Source: a virus
DNA: 64,000 nucleotides
Strand: one strand, 5' to 3'
IMG/VR virus record: IMGVR_UViG_3300027801_001565
Numbering within the stretch: position 1 is the first letter of the stretch; every line of letters begins with the position of its first letter. Positions 36,957 to 46,477 of the stretch are shown one piece after another. A program made the translations under genes and the position numbers. The notes under the pieces were generated by a model that saw only the letters and a list, made by a program, of their open reading frames with translations, was not told where the DNA came from and searched no databases.

Positions 36957-38566
36957 GCTAGTTTCATCTCCTTATATTGGTTTATAATATTTATGTGTGT
37001 ATTAATTAATCTAGCTCCTAACGGTTCTATTTCATTAAAACTCTTCTTCATGTCTTCTAGAGTATAATGTCCGCCTGTGAGATATCTGTGATAATAGAAT
37101 ATGCCAGGAGCGAGCTGGTTCATCTCTACAGGATCTGATGCTATATCTGAGAATAGCTTCCAGGCCTCCCAGACGTTCATAGTTTCATGCTCCCAATTTG
37201 CTACACCGCTAGCGTTCATATAGAATTCTACTATCTCTTTATGCTTGTCAGGTATCTCATTAATATCATAGCCTAACTCCTCATGCGTTCTCTTTATAAA
37301 GACTCCTGATGTCCAGGCTGTTCTATCAAACTCTGAAGGATTAGTTGCCATTGCGTTCATCTCGCCATCAGCTACCATTAATGGTGCATAACTATATGAC
37401 TGGCCTTGCATGTTCTCCATTACCCAATTCTTACCGTCGATGAATGTCTCGCGTGTCTCATAAGGCAAGCCCACTATCATTGATATCGTACATCTGTATG
37501 CTCCCTTTGCCTCGAACCAATCCTTAACCTTTAATAGTCCTTCTTTTAGTCGTTCAGGCTTCATGCCTTTGCCTACATACTTCGCTGCTTTGTGATTGAA
37601 ACTCTCAAGACCATAGAACTGACTCCACAATCCCATATCCCAGATGTCCTGCCAAGTATCAGGATTAGCGACTAATAGATCAGCTCGTATATATCCTGCT
37701 AAATGTATTTTAAATGGTAATGATCTAATCACATCAGCAATCTTCTTTAGCTTGGCTGGGCTATCGTTTATTGTCTCATCTGATATCGTATAAGTTCGTA
37801 TTCCCCAGCGTTCGTAATTATCTAATAGCTCTGCTCTTAGGCTCTCTCCACATCGTGAATGATCTCCCTTTACTCCTAGCACTGTAAAGGAACAGAACTT
37901 ACATGAGAATATACACCCACGACCTAATTCAATCGTTGGGATCTCGTCATCTCTCATATAGTCTCGATCTTCATATTTAATACAGGCTTGAGGCATAGGC
38001 CACGCTGGATAGTCTGTTCTACATTGTACTATATTTCTCTCGGCTCCCCAGAATGTTTCTTTGTGTATTTTGATGTCATTAGGCTCCCCTTTGATGTATT
38101 TGAGGAGCTCTAGTATGCCATATTCAGCGAAACCACCTACATAATAGTCTAGGGGATATGCTAGGGTAGCTGAAATATTTTGAGATCCACCAATGAAGGT
38201 TAATTGAGGATATAATGATTTGATGTGTGCTAGGTTTGTAACAATCTCTTTTACTTTCTCCTGGTTCTTCTTGCCTGCTCCTCCTAATGGAAACATAGCG
38301 GAGAGTCCTACAAATATTGTCTCGTCTGTTACTCGTTGTTCAAATAGTTTAACAAGTTCTTCTCTTGTCCACGCAGGCCAGAAGTCTATTACTTCTACAT
38401 CATAGTCGTGTTCTCGTAACCAAGTAGCAATTCTATGTCCACCAGCAGTTCGTTTAATGCTAGGCCAGAAGTCTGGCTTATCCGCTTCATCTTGCGAACT
38501 GATTTGGTTTCGTGTTTCACTGGTGTCCTCTCTTTCGAGTATACCACCAAGTATTATGCCGTGCAT
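36953..38566 (-). CDS. B12-binding radical SAM enzyme
   Basis: N-terminal cobalamin-binding-like region; ELGRGCIFSCKFC; DETIND; GLESF; IVGLPYET. Confidence 0.88.
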   Translation of the reverse strand: MHGIILGGILEREDTSETRNQISSQDEADKPDFWPSIKRTAGGHRIATWLREHDYDVEVIDFWPAWTREELVKLFEQRVTDETIFVGLSAMFPLGGAGKKNQEKVKEIVTNLAHIKSLYPQLTFIGGSQNISATLAYPLDYYVGGFAEYGILELLKYIKGEPNDIKIHKETFWGAERNIVQCRTDYPAWPMPQACIKYEDRDYMRDDEIPTIELGRGCIFSCKFCSFTVLGVKGDHSRCGESLRAELLDNYERWGIRTYTISDETINDSPAKLKKIADVIRSLPFKIHLAGYIRADLLVANPDTWQDIWDMGLWSQFYGLESFNHKAAKYVGKGMKPERLKEGLLKVKDWFEAKGAYRCTISMIVGLPYETRETFIDGKNWVMENMQGQSYSYAPLMVADGEMNAMATNPSEFDRTAWTSGVFIKRTHEELGYDINEIPDKHKEIVEFYMNASGVANWEHETMNVWEAWKLFSDIASDPVEMNQLAPGIFYYHRYLTGGHYTLEDMKKSFNEIEPLGARLINTHINIINQYKEMKLA

Positions 38567-39139
38567 TTATATCTCTCCGAGTTGACCTGTTATGAGGAGC
38601 TGCCGCCACTGTGTCATGTTTAATTCCATTTTGTTATCTGTAATATACTTATAAGCCATTCGTTCCTCTTCTATATCAAACATGATAGGGCCTTCATATG
38701 CCTCACCAAATAACTCTTTAGTAGTCTTTGGTGTTTCGTATGATAATAGAAACTTAGATAGTTTGTCAAAGGGAATGTAAAAGTCAAAGTCTGCATCTGC
38801 TAATGTGCTGAGATATGGTTGTAAATGTGTCTGATAAAACATGTTCTCACGTTTTGCGTGTACTTCACGCATGCTAGTACCATGGAGATAGGCTGCGTGT
38901 CTGTGTGCTTCCTCAGGATCTCTCAATATGAGGATGTGCGTGTGTTCGATATAATCATTACAAAGCGCTTTCCAATGAAATGGTTTGACATAAGCTAATG
39001 TTGTGCGTGTGCCTAGGTTGTTAAAGAATGGTTCAAATGGTGAAGTACCTATTGGACCATGACAATATATTGTAACGTTCTGTGTCTCAGCATATGTAGA
39101 CAAGACACCATCATCTCTATATCTTTCAGGCCCGTTCAT
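38567..39139 (-). CDS. Hypothetical protein (weak sulfotransferase-like)
   Basis: PIGTS and ILILRDP motifs. Confidence 0.55.
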   Translation of the reverse strand: MNGPERYRDDGVLSTYAETQNVTIYCHGPIGTSPFEPFFNNLGTRTTLAYVKPFHWKALCNDYIEHTHILILRDPEEAHRHAAYLHGTSMREVHAKRENMFYQTHLQPYLSTLADADFDFYIPFDKLSKFLLSYETPKTTKELFGEAYEGPIMFDIEEERMAYKYITDNKMELNMTQWRQLLITGQLGEI

Positions 39140-39380
39140 CTACGTGCGTCACCTTAGCCAACGCATCAAGCACCAGCTTGTTATATTCTAATACATCAAG
39201 AAACTCTATGTTGTCGCCCTCAAACTTCATCAATGTCATGCCATGTTTGTCTCGTTTTGAGGCACAAAACTCTATCATCTTCGTTGTTCCCTCTCGAAAA
39301 CCTAACCTGTATGATGTGTAAGCACACCCAGCTAAGCAAGCAATGTATATAAATGCAAATGTTATTTCTAAATCACTCAT
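39126..39380 (-). CDS. Hypothetical membrane protein
   Basis: N-terminal TM followed by YRLGFREG. Confidence 0.65.
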   Translation of the reverse strand: MSDLEITFAFIYIACLAGCAYTSYRLGFREGTTKMIEFCASKRDKHGMTLMKFEGDNIEFLDVLEYNKLVLDALAKVTHVDERA

Positions 39381-39579
39381 CTTTATCTCCTAATCCAAAT
39401 TGTTTTTCTGTCTCATCAACGATATACTTAGATAACTTGTATGGCGTAACAGCAAACCACCAAGGGAAGAAGGCATGTATAATGCCTGTTACAAATACTG
39501 CCAATGCAACAAAACTAAAGAATATTGCATAGACAAAATGGTTTAAATAGCTTGATTTAACTTCTTTTAAATGTTTCAT
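39373..39579 (-). CDS. DUF6356-like small membrane protein
   Basis: HLKEVKSSYLNHF...IIHAFFPW; late promoter at 39585-39592. Confidence 0.65.
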   Translation of the reverse strand: MKHLKEVKSSYLNHFVYAIFFSFVALAVFVTGIIHAFFPWWFAVTPYKLSKYIVDETEKQFGLGDKDE

Positions 39580-39593
39580 ACCTGTATTTATAC

Positions 39594-39854
39594 CTATAGC
39601 AAACTGATCTGTTTTAGGTAGTCATCTACCTGCTCATCACTTAGATATCCAAGCACATCGTTTGTGATGTCAGTGGTGTAACATAGTTCGTTATCATCAC
39701 CTTCAGTTACTGCTAGCTCCCATTGGCCTTTATCCCAACCATATGAAAACTTGTGTCGTATAACACTTGCACCATAGCCATTAGTAAATTTGTATTGTTT
39801 TGCCACTCCGCCGTTACATTCCTGCTCGGTAACACATAGTAGTTCTGCTATCAT
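39594..39854 (-). CDS. Conserved phage hypothetical protein
   Basis: YKFTNGYGASVI..SYG...WELAV...YTTDITNDV.GYL family motif. Confidence 0.75.
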   Translation of the reverse strand: MIAELLCVTEQECNGGVAKQYKFTNGYGASVIRHKFSYGWDKGQWELAVTEGDDNELCYTTDITNDVLGYLSDEQVDDYLKQISLL

Positions 39855-40162
39855 TATATTAACCTCTCTGCTATTGCTCTCATTAAAAATAATAAACCAA
39901 CACCATTAAGTAGTATTAATGCTCGGTCCTTCCATATCAGTGATACAGTTAACCACAAACTAATGCCAACAAATGATAGATACAAGTCGTATACTTGCAT
40001 ACCTTCTACACCACGAATAGACATTGAGGACAATACAAATGCACTGGCTACCCATTTTAGATACCAATCAAGTGTGTACTTGGGTGTTGCTGATTTGTAG
40101 ATCCTAGTGGAGTTCTTTAACTCCTCTGGTTCAAACTTTTGCTTTGTCTCTTGTGTACTCAT
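39854..40162 (-). CDS. Conserved small membrane protein
   Basis: SATPKYTLDWYLKWVAS...WKDRALILLNG; three TM. Confidence 0.7.
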   Translation of the reverse strand: MSTQETKQKFEPEELKNSTRIYKSATPKYTLDWYLKWVASAFVLSSMSIRGVEGMQVYDLYLSFVGISLWLTVSLIWKDRALILLNGVGLLFLMRAIAERLI

Positions 40163-40736
40163 AAATCTCTTTCCAGTTTTTCATTACTTTGGCATCACCT
40201 ACATAATTTAGAGAGTGGCCGTGTTCCATGAGAATAGCATCGTAACCTATTTCTAAGCCTACCTCAGCATTTACATACTTGTCCTCAACCCACATACTTC
40301 CTTCGAACCTAGTGGATAGTTCAACTAGGATCTCATTCTTATCATCACCACAGCCTAGGTAGTGGTATTCAACAAATGTGTCGTTACCAAATAGTTTCTT
40401 TAAGTTACATGTCCTTAGCTTTTGTGCTGACTCATCAGTTGATAAACTAGTTACAGCAATAAATCTATAACCTAACTCCTCAGCGATTAACTTCATGTAA
40501 TATTGAGCGTCTCTCAAGGGTGGGAGGAATCCCATGGCAGCTGAAGAGTTAAACCTCTCAACATACTCTTTGGACTCTAATTTGGTTATGCCGTAAGTAG
40601 CACCCACATCATACATATGTGGTGTCTTAATCTCCATGCCCATTGTTGACGACATCCAAGTGTGGAAGCCGAACTCCCAATCTAGGCATACGCCATCACA
40701 GTCTGTTAAAATTATCTTATCTTTATTGTACATCAT
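40131..40736 (-). CDS. HAD-superfamily protein (T4 gp30.2 / 5'-nucleotidase-like)
   Basis: ILTDCDGVCLDW, VTS, K, WVEDK HAD motifs. Confidence 0.8.
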   Translation of the reverse strand: MMYNKDKIILTDCDGVCLDWEFGFHTWMSSTMGMEIKTPHMYDVGATYGITKLESKEYVERFNSSAAMGFLPPLRDAQYYMKLIAEELGYRFIAVTSLSTDESAQKLRTCNLKKLFGNDTFVEYHYLGCGDDKNEILVELSTRFEGSMWVEDKYVNAEVGLEIGYDAILMEHGHSLNYVGDAKVMKNWKEIYEYTRDKAKV

Positions 40737-40743
40737 ATATCAG

Positions 40744-41265
40744 TTATTCCTTTATTATACCGTTATTATAGCAGCCTAAGGACCTTTTGTCAAGCATTTT
40801 TATAGCTTTTATCGCCTTTATTGTGTGATTTGTATGATTTTTAATGTAATCATGTGCTAATAGTGTCTCCATATCCCACGCTTCACGTTCCCATGGCTCA
40901 CAACGTCTGTCTGTGTGTTGTTTACCTTTCCACATGTTAACCAAATATGGGGGATATCCGAGGCGTTTATCAGTCAACTCTTTGCGTACATATTGCTTGA
41001 CGTGTACCATTTCGTGGCATGTAGTTCGTATGAGATTGTAATGGTCCTGATGTTTGTCTAGTTTTATTTCACAAATGTTATCGTGTTGGTGCATACAACT
41101 TCCCATTATACCTTCAGTTGTTGTATAATTGCCTATGTGTACGTCTAGATCAAGTGTGCTAAAACGTGGTAGCATTTTGTCTATGCAATATACCATCACA
41201 TCTAATGCTAGTTCTCTTTGATTTTTACGTCCGCCTTCAAGGTGTAACCAGTTACCTGGGTGCAT
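40744..41265 (-). CDS. Zincin-like metallopeptidase
   Basis: CHEMVHVKQ (HExxH) and PWEREA third ligand. Confidence 0.75.
   Translation of the reverse strand: MHPGNWLHLEGGRKNQRELALDVMVYCIDKMLPRFSTLDLDVHIGNYTTTEGIMGSCMHQHDNICEIKLDKHQDHYNLIRTTCHEMVHVKQYVRKELTDKRLGYPPYLVNMWKGKQHTDRRCEPWEREAWDMETLLAHDYIKNHTNHTIKAIKAIKMLDKRSLGCYNNGIIKE
40765..40793 (-). promoter_or_regulatory. Early promoter TTGACA-17-TATAAT, GGTCC spacer class
   Basis: Perfect consensus plus downstream AACGGTATAAT. Confidence 0.8.
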
Positions 41266-41276
41266 AGCGAGTATCC

Positions 41277-41471
41277 TTAACAGTCTATATGTCGTTGCTG
41301 TTCTGGGTTGTGTTTGTCTTGTATTTCACTAGCGATCGCAAACTGTAGCTTATCGCCCATGTTGTCGTTTGTTAGTGCGTCTGCTAATTGACTTATCTCT
41401 ACAGATGTCAGCCGTCTAATAGTCTCTGCTATTTGTACTGGCGACATTAACTTTTCTTTTACATATTTCAT
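41277..41471 (-). CDS. Hypothetical protein
   Basis: 64-aa ORF, ATGA coupling. Confidence 0.6.
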   Translation of the reverse strand: MKYVKEKLMSPVQIAETIRRLTSVEISQLADALTNDNMGDKLQFAIASEIQDKHNPEQQRHIDC

Positions 41472-41722
41472 CTGTTGTTCCTCAACATATCTGCTTCTAC
41501 TGCTCCAAATCCGCCTAGAATTTGATCCCTAGACATCCTAGGTTCTAGTACTTCAGTGGTTCCTTCTTTTGGTCCTCTGTGGTATACTCTAGTAACAAGG
41601 CCTGAGTTATATGCTGTTTCAATATAACCATCTTGTCCTAGTAAATAGTTTACCTCACCGGCCCATTTCTCTGCTAGTATTATATTTTTCTGATTCTCGA
41701 CTACATCATTATATTCTGTCAT
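41468..41722 (-). CDS. Hypothetical early protein
   Basis: MTEYND start with GAGGA RBS, after promoter 41746-41774. Confidence 0.65.
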   Translation of the reverse strand: MTEYNDVVENQKNIILAEKWAGEVNYLLGQDGYIETAYNSGLVTRVYHRGPKEGTTEVLEPRMSRDQILGGFGAVEADMLRNNR

Positions 41723-41745
41723 GTTATTCCTCAATTTCTATATAC

Positions 41746-41799
41746 ATTATAAGTTCTTGTGGAGCTTATGTCAACAGTTATATACATCTTTTGGTCCTA
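41746..41799 (-). promoter_or_regulatory. Promoter TTGACA-17-TATAAT with upstream TAGGACCAAAAGATG box
   Basis: Perfect consensus; the box is identical and equally spaced at 48563-48577. Confidence 0.75.
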
Positions 41800-41806
41800 T
41801 CACAGA

Positions 41807-41841
41807 TAAAAAAACGGGTTACAGATGACTGCAACCCGTTT
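41807..41841 (-). terminator. Intrinsic terminator
   Basis: AAACGGGTTGCAG-tcat-CTGTAACCCGTTT followed by a T tract on the minus strand. Confidence 0.75.
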
Positions 41842-41856
41842 CTCGTCGGATTGTAA

Positions 41857-42024
41857 CTATCCCTTTTCCGCTGTATAAACGGTCCAGATGCCATAAGCCA
41901 ATGCTGGCCAGGCTAATAGTTTAACAATAGGCGCGGCTACAATAACTAACAATGAGATACATACGATGGTTACACCATCCCATGAGGTTCTCTCAAATAA
42001 TCTATCTTTAATATAGTCTACCAT
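41857..42024 (-). CDS. Small two-TM membrane protein (55 aa), not in the ORF track
   Basis: MVDYIKDRLFERTSWDGVTIVCISLLVIVAAPIVKLLAWPALAYGIWTVYTAEKG; AGGAGGAG RBS. Confidence 0.75.
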   Translation of the reverse strand: MVDYIKDRLFERTSWDGVTIVCISLLVIVAAPIVKLLAWPALAYGIWTVYTAEKG

Positions 42025-42040
42025 ATCTCCTCCTAAAGGT

Positions 42041-42226
42041 TTAAAGGCTGTTCTTTTTGTCTTGGATCTCTCCTCGACGGGTTTTAGCTGCTTTGGTTAG
42101 TTCCATAAGAGCTTTACGGGCTCTAGCTGCTGAGGCTTTTACACCTTTTGTTTCAAAGTTTTCAGACTCTGCAATGTAAATAGCAAATGCTTCTACTAAT
42201 ACTTCATGTGTCATATTGTTCTCCAT
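42041..42226 (-). CDS. Histone H1-like (Hc1-family) small basic protein
   Basis: KGVKASAARARKALMEL.K..K.RR.EI motif. Confidence 0.75.
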   Translation of the reverse strand: MENNMTHEVLVEAFAIYIAESENFETKGVKASAARARKALMELTKAAKTRRGEIQDKKNSL

Positions 42227-42235
42227 AATGATAAT

Positions 42236-42685
42236 TTATTGTGTATCTAGATCGACGTTCGGTGTTGTCTCTTCAGCGCCTTCTTGAAATACATACTCTG
42301 GGTTATTAGCAAGTTCTAGGTATTTAGCCTCGTCCCAACCTGCTCTAGGAGCAAAGTTGTTAGACCAATCAGATACACCAGTGTTAGTCCACCCTTCGCC
42401 AGGTAGCCATTCCATGTTTGTATCAGCATTGTAGAATACATCATGTGTATCTTCATGCGTTGGTGAAAGCCATGTTTGAGTAACAGCACTCCAATACGAA
42501 CTAGTACCTTCAAGTTCTACCGGCATTTCGTGTGTTGGTGTTTCTGGATGCTGGTAGTCGCCCGGTGCAGGTGGTGTAAACCCATCTGTTTCCCCTGCTT
42601 CATATAGTGCAAGTTCCAACTCTAGGATTTGTTCCTTGATATTAAAAAGTATCTCAAATACTTCTTTGTTTGATTCAATAGCCAT
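42236..42685 (-). CDS. Acidic hypothetical protein
   Basis: Likely start MAIESNK with AAGGAG RBS. Confidence 0.65.
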   Translation of the reverse strand: MAIESNKEVFEILFNIKEQILELELALYEAGETDGFTPPAPGDYQHPETPTHEMPVELEGTSSYWSAVTQTWLSPTHEDTHDVFYNADTNMEWLPGEGWTNTGVSDWSNNFAPRAGWDEAKYLELANNPEYVFQEGAEETTPNVDLDTQ

Positions 42686-42698
42686 TTCTATCTCCTTG

Positions 42699-43220
42699 TT
42701 ATTTAGATTTTGGTTGTTGTTTGTCATCTTCTCTAGGAATAACACTCCATCTACCAAATAGTCTTACAGACCAATAGGCGGGATATGCTTTCCAATTAGC
42801 TGTTGGAACATCTGCTTCCAACATAGCCTCTAAGAAGACTTTATCAGCTACAAGCTTTGCTTGCTTTGCTGATTGTTTAGATTCGACTGTTTCATCTTTA
42901 CCATCAGAACCAATGGGGTATCCATTTTTAATTCTGTTTTGTCGTATTGCTGAGTATAAAGCGTCGTGTATAACAGCAGCTCTCGCTACGTCAAACGGTG
43001 CTATTACTACCCAAGCAATTCTAGGTACAGATGCTAAGTCTGTTTTAAATCCTTTTTTAGCTGTGATTTTACCAGCTCTGTTAATGGTGGCGCCAACTGC
43101 TTTTAAGGCAGCTCTGTCATCTTCCGATAACTTATCACTATCAAAAACTAAACTAGAATCTAAAGTCCACGTTTTAGGTGGGGTGAATTTGGCATCTAGT
43201 AGCCTGTTAAATTTAGACAT
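42699..43220 (-). CDS. DUF1353-family protein
   Basis: GFKTDLASVPR...AAVIHDALY...ADKVFLEAM...VRLFG. Confidence 0.85.
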   Translation of the reverse strand: MSKFNRLLDAKFTPPKTWTLDSSLVFDSDKLSEDDRAALKAVGATINRAGKITAKKGFKTDLASVPRIAWVVIAPFDVARAAVIHDALYSAIRQNRIKNGYPIGSDGKDETVESKQSAKQAKLVADKVFLEAMLEADVPTANWKAYPAYWSVRLFGRWSVIPREDDKQQPKSK

Positions 43221-43250
43221 AATCTCTCCTTTTATTAACTGTTCTATTCT

Positions 43251-43262
43251 TATTTATAAATA
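43251..43262. promoter_or_regulatory. Overlapping bidirectional late promoter TATTTATAAATA
   Basis: Palindrome containing TATAAATA on both strands between divergent genes. Confidence 0.65.
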
Positions 43263-43366
43263 CTAATAGGTACACATTACAATATAGGTACTTTAAACAC
43301 ACATATGTTGACAAATGGTTGTTTAGAGTGTATTGTATTGTTTTAAATAATAAAGAGGTAACAGTT

Positions 43367-44704
43367 ATGAGTCAATTAGATTTTAATGTAAATAGATACG
43401 GCGACATGAGAATTGCTATATTTCAATCCAAGTGTAAGAATGGCGCTCCACATGAACGTGTCAAAGGTGCCACACCGATAGTACTAGAGAAGATACAGAC
43501 AAAAACAGCCACCAGGAACATAGGTCGTATGAGTCTATCTGAATTAACCAAAATTTTAAGCATGTCAGCTAAAGAGTACAAATTCATAGACAAGTCTGGC
43601 GGTGAGCATGGGAAAACAACTTTATTCAAGAGTGATGAGTACAAAGGCGGTGAAGGTGAGGGGAAAAAGACATTCAACAAAGGCAACGTTGCTGAATTAA
43701 TATTTGCCGCTGCCATAGCTTGTAGGTTCAAGAGTAAGGAACAAAACGTTACCGAGAACAACATAAAGAGTATGATAAGATCCTTGGGCGCTAGCAATAC
43801 TGGTAAGAAGTCTTGGGAATCTAAGAATAAGGATGTAACAATACTCGATACTGTGTGTCTTCAATATGGACTTGCTCTTAATAACTACAGGGCTGTTAAG
43901 GATATGTCTCTTTGGTCAGCCTTTTCCAGTGAAATTAGCGGCGCTGTAGACTATGCCAACAGCACTATCGTACAAGAGTGGGCGGATTTGTTTTATGTCA
44001 ATAATGTTAAGAATGAGATAACAGTACTAGCAGACGGTGAAACAGACCAAACAGGTACAAAGGTAGACGTAAGAGTTTTAGCAACAGACCATGAAGGAAA
44101 GACTATACCAGTTAACATTAACGTATCACTTAAGATTGGTGGCGTAGGACAGTTTGGACAGATGGGAGGTGTAACATATGAGGTACAAAAGACACTTTGG
44201 AAAGAGTTCTTTAATGTAAGCTTGCCGTTCTCTAAGTCTATGTTCAACTCTAAGCTTGGTAGTTTAGCACACGAAAAGGATGCTGCTGTTGCGCTTATGT
44301 ACAGTTACAAACAAGTAGCTAATAGTGTGGCAACATCACTGTCTGGTAAGGAAGGAAAGAGAGTGTTGGCTAAATCTATAATAAAACACCTTACATTAAA
44401 TGAGGATTATGTTTCACTCGTAGACTTGAAGGGAGGCGCTGCTATTAACTATAATTTTGATAAAATTCATGACATGATGGAAGGCTTAGACTTTTATTCA
44501 GTTATAGGCGTAAGTAAAGGTAGAGGATCTAGTGAAGACTTACCTCTTATGTCTATATATGTTGATAAGAGGAAACGGCCTGATGATCTATTTATTGATA
44601 TAAGAGTTAAACGTGGTGATTATGGGGCTGACGGATTACCTTACTACAGAAACATATTTGAGAAGAAGAAAGCATTTACAAACCTATTAGGTGTTAAACT
44701 CTGA
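43367..44704 (+). CDS. Putative PD-(D/E)XK-fold endonuclease
   Basis: GNVAE...TKVDV...VSLK pattern; opposite strand to its neighbours; GAGG RBS before MSQLD. Confidence 0.5.
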   Translation: MSQLDFNVNRYGDMRIAIFQSKCKNGAPHERVKGATPIVLEKIQTKTATRNIGRMSLSELTKILSMSAKEYKFIDKSGGEHGKTTLFKSDEYKGGEGEGKKTFNKGNVAELIFAAAIACRFKSKEQNVTENNIKSMIRSLGASNTGKKSWESKNKDVTILDTVCLQYGLALNNYRAVKDMSLWSAFSSEISGAVDYANSTIVQEWADLFYVNNVKNEITVLADGETDQTGTKVDVRVLATDHEGKTIPVNINVSLKIGGVGQFGQMGGVTYEVQKTLWKEFFNVSLPFSKSMFNSKLGSLAHEKDAAVALMYSYKQVANSVATSLSGKEGKRVLAKSIIKHLTLNEDYVSLVDLKGGAAINYNFDKIHDMMEGLDFYSVIGVSKGRGSSEDLPLMSIYVDKRKRPDDLFIDIRVKRGDYGADGLPYYRNIFEKKKAFTNLLGVKL

Positions 44705-45254
44705 TATGAGTAAAGCTTCGTTATTTTTCTTATTCAATCATAAGAATACATTGTATATCGTGGACAACACCCAAGTCCAGGATGTACCAAAGCCTCGTGA
44801 ACTTATTAGAAGGTTCTCTACTATTGAACAAATAAGACAACACGCGCTACACTTAGGATTAGAGATCGCTAACGATACAGCGAGAGAAAGAACAAAACAT
44901 CACACACCTGAAGGTATAGAAAGGATACGCTTGGCTAAACTGGGCGACAATCATCCTGCTCGTAAGAATGGCAGGGATGCTGAGTTTAGAGATAAGGTAT
45001 CAAGAACGATGACGGGTACTAGGAGAGGCAATAACAATCCAATGTATGGTAAGGCTCATAGAAAAGAGACTAGGATTAAAATGTCCCAAGCCTCTTTCTT
45101 TAAGGAGCGTCGTAGATGGTGTGTATCACCTGAGCAAGTAACAACAACAATCCCTGTTAGTGAACCACTACCAGAAGGCTGGCAATGGGGTAGGTTCTAC
45201 GACAAATACAGGCCTGATCCTATTCAGTTGCCAGATCCACAGGAAATATCTTAA
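44691..45254 (+). CDS. NUMOD3-containing protein (homing-endonuclease-related DNA-binding motif)
   Basis: HTPEGIERIR..KLG and GNNNPMYGKAHRKETRIKMS; EGWQWGR. Confidence 0.7.
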   Translation: MLNSDMSKASLFFLFNHKNTLYIVDNTQVQDVPKPRELIRRFSTIEQIRQHALHLGLEIANDTARERTKHHTPEGIERIRLAKLGDNHPARKNGRDAEFRDKVSRTMTGTRRGNNNPMYGKAHRKETRIKMSQASFFKERRRWCVSPEQVTTTIPVSEPLPEGWQWGRFYDKYRPDPIQLPDPQEIS

Positions 45255-45900
45255 CAATAGCTTCAGCTATACTCTCAGCTAGTTGAATATGTTCTAGCTG
45301 CGTGCCATTAGCCCTACGGAGCTCAATGTAGTGAACCCAACTACGCAACGTTCCATTAACATACAGTCTACTCATTGTATTTCCTTCGGGTAGTACTGCT
45401 CTTGCTTGTTCTTTAGCAATGCCGTTCTCAATAGCCCAGTCGTAAGCCATCTTTGCAGTCTCTATTACTGCTGATTGCTTGTTAGCCCATTCATCATACA
45501 ATACACCATCATCACATACAATAGAATTTTGCCTGTTCTTTGGATCTTGTAAACGTGGTTCTCTAATCTCAAACTCTAAATCCTTTGTAGGATCTGCATA
45601 CCGCTGGCTGAATTCTTGAAAGCTAAAACTCCTGTGTCGTAGAAGTTGTCTTCCTATGTCTCTAGTTGTCTCCACTTCCATGCACACACTAACCATCTCA
45701 AGTGGCGACCAGTGTTTATGTTTAATTAGATATTTAACCAGCTTCTCGTTGGTTGCTGAATTGTTCTGATTGTCTGGGTTACTAACTCTAGCACAATATG
45801 CTACAAGATCTAGCATTGATATTTCCCCTGGCTTTGAGCCTACTTGAAAATCTGTTGGTCCAGGGCGTGCTTGGGTGTAACTAATTAGTTTAGTCTTCAT
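45220..45900 (-). CDS. thyX: FAD-dependent thymidylate synthase
   Basis: ARVSNP, HKHWSPLEM, RHRSFSFQEFSQRY, EQARAVLP. Confidence 0.97.
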   Translation of the reverse strand: MKTKLISYTQARPGPTDFQVGSKPGEISMLDLVAYCARVSNPDNQNNSATNEKLVKYLIKHKHWSPLEMVSVCMEVETTRDIGRQLLRHRSFSFQEFSQRYADPTKDLEFEIREPRLQDPKNRQNSIVCDDGVLYDEWANKQSAVIETAKMAYDWAIENGIAKEQARAVLPEGNTMSRLYVNGTLRSWVHYIELRRANGTQLEHIQLAESIAEAIVKIFPVDLATE

Positions 45901-45916
45901 CGTCGATCCTTTAGGA

Positions 45917-46468
45917 TTACTTGGTGGCTGTTTTCTTTTTAGCTGGGGCGCGTTTCTTCTTAGCTTTAACTGGCTTCACATAGTCTGTGATACCAAGCAG
46001 GCTTAGAATGCCTTCTAGTTTAGGATATATTGTTAACAACTGCACATCTTTAATTGCTGTTATTAAATGAGCTTCCTTAAAATGTAGTCCTTCTAACGTG
46101 GACATCCAATTCATTTCCTGTTTCCATGCTGGAAGATTTTTCATGTTAGACTGTTGATCCATGAATGTTTTAATACGTCTATACTCTAAGGCAATAGTTG
46201 TCTCACCCATACCAGGGGGTGTATCATCTTTGATCTTTACACTATCTGGCATACCATGAGGTAAACCCCAGTCTGCTTTATCAGCGCCTACACCTAATCT
46301 GACTAAAGGAACCACTGTCTGGTTTTTAGCTGCAATAGTTTTAAGACGTTCAACTTGATCTTCTTTCTCATCTATTTCAAAGACCCAATCAAGTGCCTCA
46401 TCTAATTGCCTAAACTTCGTACCGAGGTTATTCAAACCAGGGATCTCATTGCTTTTCTTTGTGCTCAT
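45917..46468 (-). CDS. Conserved T4-like hypothetical protein
   Basis: LP.G.P...LE.LH..EA.L...IKD motif; typical rnh-thy neighbour. Confidence 0.7.
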   Translation of the reverse strand: MSTKKSNEIPGLNNLGTKFRQLDEALDWVFEIDEKEDQVERLKTIAAKNQTVVPLVRLGVGADKADWGLPHGMPDSVKIKDDTPPGMGETTIALEYRRIKTFMDQQSNMKNLPAWKQEMNWMSTLEGLHFKEAHLITAIKDVQLLTIYPKLEGILSLLGITDYVKPVKAKKKRAPAKKKTATK

Positions 46469-46477
46469 ATTGTATTC

